Positions 57,829 to 64,000 of a DNA stretch of 64,000 bases are shown here, one piece after another (the stretch's first letter is position 1; the number at the start of each line of letters is the position of its first letter). The DNA is taken from contig JBBIMK010000009.1 of the NCBI GenBank assembly GCA_037444445.1, positions 6-64,005 of the forward strand, read 5' to 3'. Made by a program: the position numbers and the translations under genes. The notes under the pieces were generated by a model. That model had not been told where the DNA came from, did no database searches, and saw only the letters and a list, made by a program, of their open reading frames with translations. Origin of the DNA: a bacterium. GTDB lineage: Bacteria > UBP7 > UBA6624 > JBBIMK01.

Positions 57829-60476
57829 CTTCCTCCGTAAGGCGAGGGTCCCAATAGTTGAAGGAACAGAGAGTCAGCAGCGTTCTGGATGGCCAACGAG
57901 AGAGAATCCACCTTCTTCCCCCCCGCCTGTGCAAAGTGGTCCTGACCTCCTCCCTCTCCCTGAATGATATCCCGAACCTCATGGATAATCGTGCGAGCCG
58001 ACACCCCTTCCTTCATCAGATTCGGTCCTATGGCCACCACCACATACGCTTTCTTCTCGTGGACACACCCCAGTACCACCGCCTTATCCGGGTTTCTCCG
58101 GATGAACAGCCCGGCCACATCTGCCAGTTCCTTAGGGGTCACATCCTCTAATTCTTTATACCCGACAGCATTCCCAATTTTTTCCAGGTGGTCCAGAGAT
58201 TCCACCAGCGTGCGGGCTTTCCATCTCTGTACCTGTTTCCGCAGCCCTTCCAGCAGGCGTTGATGTTCCAGGAATTTCTTTTCCAACGATATGATGGGGG
58301 TAGAAAGGTGGCGGGAAAGGGCTCGGAGAATGCGGTCGGAGTGCTGAACCCACCGGAGAGCCTCCAGCCCGGTGACAGCCTCCAGACGCCGGAGCCCGGC
58401 CCCCACTCCTTCCTCGCCGGTAATCTTAAAAAATCCCACTTCATGCGTCCTGTCTAAATGGGTTCCTCCGCATAACTCCCGGGAAATTCCTTCTACTTCC
58501 ACCACACGAACCGTGCTACCATACTTCTCCCCGAACAGAGCCACCGCTCCAGAAGCCATTGCTTCTTCATACGATTTCTCCTCGGCTTTCACCGGATGAT
58601 TCTGGAAAATCCACTCGTTCACCTTTTGCTCCAGTTCCTCCAGTTGCTCCTGGGATATAGGGTGCAAAGCATGAACATCAAACCGGAGAAGGTCAGGTCC
58701 AACGAGGGAGCCAGCCTGGGTGGCGCCCTCTCCCAGCAGGTTCCGCAAGGCGGAGTGGAGAAGATGAGTGGCCGTATGAGCACGACGAATGGCCGCCCGC
58801 CGTTGCCCGTCCACTTTTGCTTCCACCTCTTCGCCTACCCTCACATCCCCGTTCAGAATTCTACCATAGTGCAGGATGGTTCCCATCTCGTGTCGGGTGT
58901 CCAGAACCTCAATCCGGGCATCCGTGAGGAGGCTTTTAATCTCGCCGGTGTCGCCCATTTGCCCCCCCGCTTCCGCATAAAAGGGCGTTACATCTAAAGC
59001 CACAATAATTTCGTCATTTTTCCGACGGATATATTGAATGTGCGCCGGGCTCTCCAGACGCTGGTAACCCACAAATTGGGACGCCCGGGGTTCCCCCGCT
59101 GCCGCCCACTCCTCAGAAGCCACCCGGTGAGCCCGGCGCCCCCTTTCCCTCTGCCGTTCCATCTCCCGCTGATACCCCTCTTCATCCACCTTCAGCCCTT
59201 GCTCTCTCGCCATCTCTATGGTCAACTCCAGCGGGAATCCGTAGGTATCGTAGAGAGCGAATGCCACCTCACCGGGAAGGGTGTCCTCCCTCAGCCCCGA
59301 AATTTTTTCCTCAAAATATCTCGTGCCTACTTCCAGCGTCCGGAAGAATGCCGTTTCTTCCGCTTCAATGGCTTTCCAGATGAGATAACTTCTCTCCCGA
59401 AAGTTCGGCAAATAAGTCATATCCATGTCAGTGGATTTCCCCACCAGGGTATTGACCCCGGTGTGGAAAAAGGGGCGGGACATTCCCATCTTCACGCCGT
59501 AGCGGACAGCCCGTCGGATGAGCCGCCGAACCACATATCCGTGTTTCACATTGCTGGGACGGATATTCTCTGCCATGGTGAAACACACCGCCCGTAGATG
59601 GTCGGCACAAATCTGCGCCACTTTCACTCTTTCCTTCGGGTCCTTTTTCTCAAACAGGTTCAAATAATGTTGAACAAGAGGGGCCAGAAGATGGGTCTCA
59701 AATACCGAAGTATAGCCATTGACGACGGCACAAAGACGCTCCAGCCCCATGCCCGTGTCCACGCCCCGCTCCGGTAAACGCTCCAGCTTCCCCTCTCCCC
59801 GACGGTTGTATTCCATAAACACCAGGTTCCAGATTTCCAGGCTCTTCTCCTCATCTCCCGGTAGTGCCTTCTCCGTCAGGCGGTAGTATATCTCTGTGCA
59901 CGGGCCACAGGGTCCGGTCTCCCCCATCTTCCAGAAATTATCCTCTTTGCCCCGAGCCAGAATCCGGTCCGCGGGAATCCCCGCTTCACGCCAGAAATCC
60001 CGACTCTCTTCATCCGCTGGAACCTCCTCATCTCCCTGAAATACGGTCACCCACAGTCGGTTCGGGTCCATCTTCAGAAATTCCGTTAGAAACTCCAGTG
60101 CCATAAATATGGCTTGAGCCTTAAAATAACTTTTGGAGCCGAAGGAAAAATTGCCCAGCATCTCAAAAAAAGTCAGGTGCCGTGGGGTGGTGCCCACCTT
60201 CTCCACATCCGTGGTCCGTAAGCAGGGCTGGCAGGTAACGAGGCGTGGAAAAGGTGGCGCTTTTACCCCCAGATAGTATGGCTTGTATTGCGCCATACCT
60301 GCATTGGTGAACAACAGAGAAGGGTCATCCCTGAGCACCAGTGGAGCCGGCATCTCCTCCCTGTGGTCCAGATTTTTATAGACAGGGCGGGTGCGAAAAT
60401 AAACCAGAAACTCCCTCCGCAGGGTTGAAGCATCCGCCACGCTTTCTTTCGATTCAAACCGTCCTCTCTTCATCAT
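57825..60476 (-). CDS. alaS: Alanine--tRNA ligase
   Basis: 883 aa. Class II aaRS catalytic domain (DDPSLLFTNAGM), editing-domain HxxxH...CxxxH motifs (AHTATHLLHSAL, LCGGTHL) and C-terminal DHHA1-like domain. Confidence 0.95.
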   Translation of the reverse strand: MMKRGRFESKESVADASTLRREFLVYFRTRPVYKNLDHREEMPAPLVLRDDPSLLFTNAGMAQYKPYYLGVKAPPFPRLVTCQPCLRTTDVEKVGTTPRHLTFFEMLGNFSFGSKSYFKAQAIFMALEFLTEFLKMDPNRLWVTVFQGDEEVPADEESRDFWREAGIPADRILARGKEDNFWKMGETGPCGPCTEIYYRLTEKALPGDEEKSLEIWNLVFMEYNRRGEGKLERLPERGVDTGMGLERLCAVVNGYTSVFETHLLAPLVQHYLNLFEKKDPKERVKVAQICADHLRAVCFTMAENIRPSNVKHGYVVRRLIRRAVRYGVKMGMSRPFFHTGVNTLVGKSTDMDMTYLPNFRERSYLIWKAIEAEETAFFRTLEVGTRYFEEKISGLREDTLPGEVAFALYDTYGFPLELTIEMAREQGLKVDEEGYQREMERQRERGRRAHRVASEEWAAAGEPRASQFVGYQRLESPAHIQYIRRKNDEIIVALDVTPFYAEAGGQMGDTGEIKSLLTDARIEVLDTRHEMGTILHYGRILNGDVRVGEEVEAKVDGQRRAAIRRAHTATHLLHSALRNLLGEGATQAGSLVGPDLLRFDVHALHPISQEQLEELEQKVNEWIFQNHPVKAEEKSYEEAMASGAVALFGEKYGSTVRVVEVEGISRELCGGTHLDRTHEVGFFKITGEEGVGAGLRRLEAVTGLEALRWVQHSDRILRALSRHLSTPIISLEKKFLEHQRLLEGLRKQVQRWKARTLVESLDHLEKIGNAVGYKELEDVTPKELADVAGLFIRRNPDKAVVLGCVHEKKAYVVVAIGPNLMKEGVSARTIIHEVRDIIQGEGGGQDHFAQAGGKKVDSLSLAIQNAADSLFLQLLGPSPYGGR

Positions 60477-60507
60477 TACCAGAATAATTATATCAGGTGC
60501 CGGCTCA

Positions 60508-61626
60508 TCACAGGCGAACGAGGTATGGATTTTCCCATCGGAGCGAGAGAAGAAGCGTCACCACCAGGAGAATTCCATTGGGAAGCCAGGCGGCAATCAC
60601 AGGAGACAGGGCTCCCCCCTGCCCTACCCGGATGGTTACCGTTACCAGGATGTAGTAAATGAGAGCAATCACGGCGGAGACCCCCAGTCCTATTCCAGAC
60701 CCGGAACGCTCCCGGGTTACCCCCAGCGGCACCCCCAGCAAAGCAAAAACAAAACTGGCAAAAGGAATAGCCACTTTCAGGTGCAGTTGAGTTTCCCATT
60801 TTTTTACCACTTCCGGCTCTATCCCGGCGAGCTTCAGGTGTTGAATGTACCGTCGGAGTTCCCGATGAGTCATCTGCTCTGGTGCCAGGGTTTCTTTCAT
60901 AGCCTCCTCCAGGGTCCTGGAGAAATCTACATTCAGGCGAGAGAAGTCCGTGTTTAGTGAGCGTCCGTCAGGGAAGAATTGAGTTAACCTTCCGTTAAAG
61001 AGTTCCCATTTTCCAGGCGAAGAGGGTTGAGCCCTTTCCGCTGTAGCCAGTTGTCCGGGTTTTCCCTGCTTATCAAATTCTATCCAGGTGATGGCGTAGA
61101 GCACGCCGCCCTGCAATTTCGTGGCGTAAATCACTCTCTGAACCACATTCCCCACCTTCTCCGGGAGAATGATATTTTCTGCTTCTACGGCTGGCTTTCG
61201 GAGGGCATCTGCTTTCACGCGTTCAAATTCCACCGCCGCCCACGGCACCAGGGTCTCGTTCAACACCAGCCCCGCCAGGCTCACGAATACACCGAAAAAG
61301 GCAAATGAACTCAGAATTTGAAAAAATCCTAACCCCGTAGCCAGTAAGGCGGTAAACTCCCCTCGGGAGGAAAGCCGATTGGCTGTTAAAAGAGCCGCCA
61401 GCAATAACCCCATGGGCAGAGAATAGGTGATTGCCTGCGGGACGCCTAACAGAAAAAGCACACCCACATAGGATATATGAACCTTATGCTCCACCAGAAG
61501 AGAAAGTAAAGGGCGCAGCAAAAGGATGGAAATCATCAGGGTGGAAAAAGCCAATACACCAAAAATGAACAGGGGAAATAATTCTGTCAGGATGATTTTA
61601 TTTTTCAGGCTGAAGTGGAATAACAT
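60508..61626 (-). CDS. lptF: LPS export ABC permease, LptF/LptG (YjgP/YjgQ) family
   Basis: 372 aa with 6 predicted TM helices and a periplasmic beta-jellyroll-like insert between TM3 and TM4. Adjacent to lptB. Confidence 0.8.
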   Translation of the reverse strand: MLFHFSLKNKIILTELFPLFIFGVLAFSTLMISILLLRPLLSLLVEHKVHISYVGVLFLLGVPQAITYSLPMGLLLAALLTANRLSSRGEFTALLATGLGFFQILSSFAFFGVFVSLAGLVLNETLVPWAAVEFERVKADALRKPAVEAENIILPEKVGNVVQRVIYATKLQGGVLYAITWIEFDKQGKPGQLATAERAQPSSPGKWELFNGRLTQFFPDGRSLNTDFSRLNVDFSRTLEEAMKETLAPEQMTHRELRRYIQHLKLAGIEPEVVKKWETQLHLKVAIPFASFVFALLGVPLGVTRERSGSGIGLGVSAVIALIYYILVTVTIRVGQGGALSPVIAAWLPNGILLVVTLLLSLRWENPYLVRL

Positions 61627-62417
61627 TAGCCAGTGGGGGCGGAAGGAGAGGGTGGCAGAGATTCCTTCGGCGCTTCCTGAAGTTCTTCCGGCACCCGAAA
61701 ATGCCGACCCAGGTAGTATTCCTTGGCCACCGGGTCCTCCGCCACCTGCCGGGATGTGCCCGACAGGAGGATGCGTCCCTGGTGCATGATATACACTCGG
61801 TCGCAGATGGCAAGAGTCTCACGAACATTGTGGTCGGTCACCAGAAGGCCCACACCCCGGCTCTCTCTCAGCCGGCGGATGATTTGCTGGAGGTCCTGGA
61901 TCGCGATGGGGTCCACGCCGGTAAAGGGTTCATCCAGCAGGAGGAAGGAAGGACTGGTGGCCAGGGCCCTGGCAATTTCCACCCTCCGCCTCTCCCCGCC
62001 GGACAAGGCATATCCTTTCTGCTGTTTCAGTTCCGTAAGCCCCATTTCACTCAAAATCTGCTGAGCAGTTTCCTGTCGTTCCTTCTTCTTTTTCCCCAGT
62101 ACTTCCAGCACGAGGAGGACATTCTCTTCCACAGTGAGTTTGCGAAAGACGGAAGGCTCCTGGGCAAGGTAGCCGATGCCCATTCGGGCTCTGCGATGCA
62201 CCGGCACCCTCGTAATGTCCTTCCCGTCCATAAACACCCGCCCCCGACTGGGGGGGATTAACCCCGTGAGCATATAAAAGGTGGTGGTCTTCCCGGCCCC
62301 GTTGGGTCCTAAAAGCCCCACGATTTCACCCTGGTTCACCTCTATCTGAACGGAATCTACTACCCTCTTCCGCCCATAGCGCTTCACCAGGTCTCGCCCT
62401 TCCAGTTTCTGGTTCAT
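61626..62417 (-). CDS. lptB: LPS export ABC transporter ATP-binding protein LptB
   Basis: Walker A GPNGAGKTT, ABC signature LSGGERRRVEIARAL, Walker B LLLDEP. C-terminal extension typical of LptB. Confidence 0.88.
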   Translation of the reverse strand: MNQKLEGRDLVKRYGRKRVVDSVQIEVNQGEIVGLLGPNGAGKTTTFYMLTGLIPPSRGRVFMDGKDITRVPVHRRARMGIGYLAQEPSVFRKLTVEENVLLVLEVLGKKKKERQETAQQILSEMGLTELKQQKGYALSGGERRRVEIARALATSPSFLLLDEPFTGVDPIAIQDLQQIIRRLRESRGVGLLVTDHNVRETLAICDRVYIMHQGRILLSGTSRQVAEDPVAKEYYLGRHFRVPEELQEAPKESLPPSPSAPTG

Positions 62418-62486
62418 GCCCTCACACCTGAAAATACTCTGATTTTATGAATGGATTATTCTCCCCTTTTATTCCATGAAAGAATA

Positions 62487-62558
62487 GCCGGCGGGCGGAC
62501 TTGAACCGCCAACCTGCTGATTACGAATCAGCCGCTCTGCCGATTGAGCTACACCGGC
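62487..62558 (-). tRNA. tRNA-Thr (anticodon CGU)
   Basis: The minus strand folds as a cloverleaf: acceptor GCCGGTG/CGCCGGC (one G-U pair), D-arm AGCTCAATCGGCAGAGC, anticodon stem GCTGA/TCAGC with loop TTCGTAA (anticodon CGT), T-arm GGCGGTTCAAGTCCGCC. 72 nt, no encoded CCA. Confidence 0.8.
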
Positions 62559-62615
62559 ATCCTATCACCGCAAATATCATATCATAATCCGTTGAGATAA
62601 AATAGAGTTCAGAAG

Positions 62616-64000
62616 ATGAATCGCATCGTCCTCTGGGGATTTATGGGGTCCGGGAAAACCACCGTGGGGAAACTCCTTGCCCAATATCTGGGCTGGAAAT
62701 TCGTGGATGTGGATGAGGAAATCTGCCAGAGAACTGGAAAATCTATCCCTGAATTTTTTCAGCAACAGGGGGAGGAGGCTTTTCGCACCCTTGAATCTCG
62801 CATCATTCGCTCCCTTTCTCACCGCTCAAAAGTGGTGATAGCCCCCGGCGGCGGAGCAGTGATGGAAACAGAAAATGTCATCGCCCTTCAGCCCCACAGC
62901 CTGATGGTTCACCTTTCCGCATCACCAGAAACCCTGCTCCAGAGGTTAAAAAAGGTGAAGACCCGCCCCCTGTTGTTGAAAGGTAAGTCCGTCCGCCAGA
63001 ACATCCTCCGCCTTCTCGCTCTCCGACAGCCTTCCTATGACCGAATCCCTTTCCGGGTTCCCACCGACGACAAAACTCCTGTGGAAGTGGCGCAAGAGAT
63101 TCTCACTTTGCTTCCTTCCCGGATGGAGGAACTCACCCCGAAATCCCCTCGCTTGCCCACGAAAGTCTGGCTGGGAAGGGGCATCACCGCTCATCTCGGT
63201 GATTTCCTCAAGATGGCTTCCTGCACCCCAAAGGTGCTTTTTCTCTCCGACCCGAAAGTGCCTCCTTTCTTCCGCCTTCAGGCAAAAACCTCTCTTTTTC
63301 TCTCTAACTTTCAGGTGCACGAAAGGTTATTCTCTTCTGGAGAAGAATTAAAAAATCTTTCCTTCGCACAAAAAATCTGGTCTGCTCTGTTTGAAATTCA
63401 AGCGGATAGAAGAACTCCTGTGGTGGTGATGGGCGGCGGAACCCTCACCGATGTGGCTGGTTTCGCCGCCTCCACCTTCCTCCGCGGCCTGCCCCTGATT
63501 CTCATTCCCACCACTCTTCTTGCTCAGGTGGATGCCTCCATCGGCGGTAAAAATGCCCTCCACTTCCATTCTATAATCAATCAAATCGGAACCTTCTATT
63601 TCCCCGCCATCGTCCTCATTGACCCCCTGTTTCTGCTGGACCTTCCGGAGAAAGAAATCCAATCCGGTATGGCAGAGGCAGTGAAAGCAAGTATCGTGGC
63701 TAACCCCTCCCTTTTTGCGTTCATCCAGAAAAATGCAGGTGGCATCCTGAATAGAAATCTCCAGGTGCTGGAGAAAGTAATTCGGTCCGCTGTGGGTGTG
63801 AAAATGAGGGTGGTGGAAGAGGACCCTTACGAGAAAGGCAGGCGGAGGGTGTTGAACCTGGGGCATACTTTTGCCCACGCCCTCGTTTCTGCTTATCCAT
63901 TTCTTTCTCACGGTGAGGCTGTATCCATTGGGCTGGTTCTTTCCGCCCGCCTTTCATCCGCCCTCCGTCAGGCTTCCCCATCCCTTGTGAAAACTGTAGT
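62616..64000 (+). CDS. aroKB: Bifunctional shikimate kinase / 3-dehydroquinate synthase fusion (AroK-AroB), 3'-partial
   Basis: Single uninterrupted frame from the ATG at 62616 to the window end. The N-terminal 170 aa are shikimate kinase (P-loop GFMGSGKTTVGK, LID region). From about aa 190 onward it is DHQ synthase (VVMGGGTLTDVAGFAASTFLRGLPLILIPTTLLAQVDASIGGKNAL). It is absent from the ORF table because no stop lies in the window. Confidence 0.8.
   Translation, partial: MNRIVLWGFMGSGKTTVGKLLAQYLGWKFVDVDEEICQRTGKSIPEFFQQQGEEAFRTLESRIIRSLSHRSKVVIAPGGGAVMETENVIALQPHSLMVHLSASPETLLQRLKKVKTRPLLLKGKSVRQNILRLLALRQPSYDRIPFRVPTDDKTPVEVAQEILTLLPSRMEELTPKSPRLPTKVWLGRGITAHLGDFLKMASCTPKVLFLSDPKVPPFFRLQAKTSLFLSNFQVHERLFSSGEELKNLSFAQKIWSALFEIQADRRTPVVVMGGGTLTDVAGFAASTFLRGLPLILIPTTLLAQVDASIGGKNALHFHSIINQIGTFYFPAIVLIDPLFLLDLPEKEIQSGMAEAVKASIVANPSLFAFIQKNAGGILNRNLQVLEKVIRSAVGVKMRVVEEDPYEKGRRRVLNLGHTFAHALVSAYPFLSHGEAVSIGLVLSARLSSALRQASPSLVKTV

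Noticed and set aside
62418-62615. Possible integration hotspot or mobile element next to tRNA-Thr.
   Set aside because: No integrase, direct repeat of the tRNA 3' end, or foreign-looking genes flank the tRNA. Both neighbours (lptB, aroKB) are core genes.

Overview
This 64-kb window looks like a contiguous bacterial chromosomal segment that is moderately GC-rich, with dense coding on both strands. No transposases, integrases or CRISPR arrays were seen. Gene content suggests a double-membrane (diderm) bacterium that may be thermophilic or deep-branching (organism is a guess, not established). Supporting genes are a class II B12-dependent ribonucleotide reductase, an archaeal-type bifunctional FBP aldolase/phosphatase, an S-layer-homology/beta-barrel OmpM-like porin, LptB/LptFG, a type IV pilus locus, and HrcA with a CIRCE element on groESL.

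Left to right:
- A partial Gly/Pro-rich secreted protein, then dcd and nrdJ on the minus strand.
- A plus-strand housekeeping block: hydrolase, GT2, methyltransferase, hrcA-rsmE-mtaB, HIT, phoH, 7TM-HD, ybeY, two CNNM/CorC paralogs, deoC, recO-like.
- The S-layer-homology-domain porin and a hypothetical protein.
- A minus-strand trio: FBP aldolase/phosphatase, a small Cys-rich protein and a tetraheme cytochrome.
- A lipoprotein S8 peptidase with Ca-binding dockerin-like repeats and a broken reading frame.
- A long minus-strand run starting at CIRCE-groES-groEL and continuing into an envelope-proteostasis module: lipoprotein, BON protein, three tandem HtrA paralogs (two catalytically dead), an A2M-like giant protein and a SurA-N-like chaperone.
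- A GT39/83-like glycosyltransferase split at a G8 homopolymer.
- A type IV pilus locus: pilB, pilT, pilC, three tandem giant pilin paralogs, pilT.
- MoxR-DUF58-transglutaminase, then an EPS-type cluster (sugar transferase, GT4, GH-like).
- alaS, lptFG-lptB, a tRNA-Thr, and a partial aroK-aroB fusion running off the right edge.

The most novel candidate is the CIRCE/groESL-linked module in which an A2M-like trap protein sits with one active and two pseudo-HtrA proteases.
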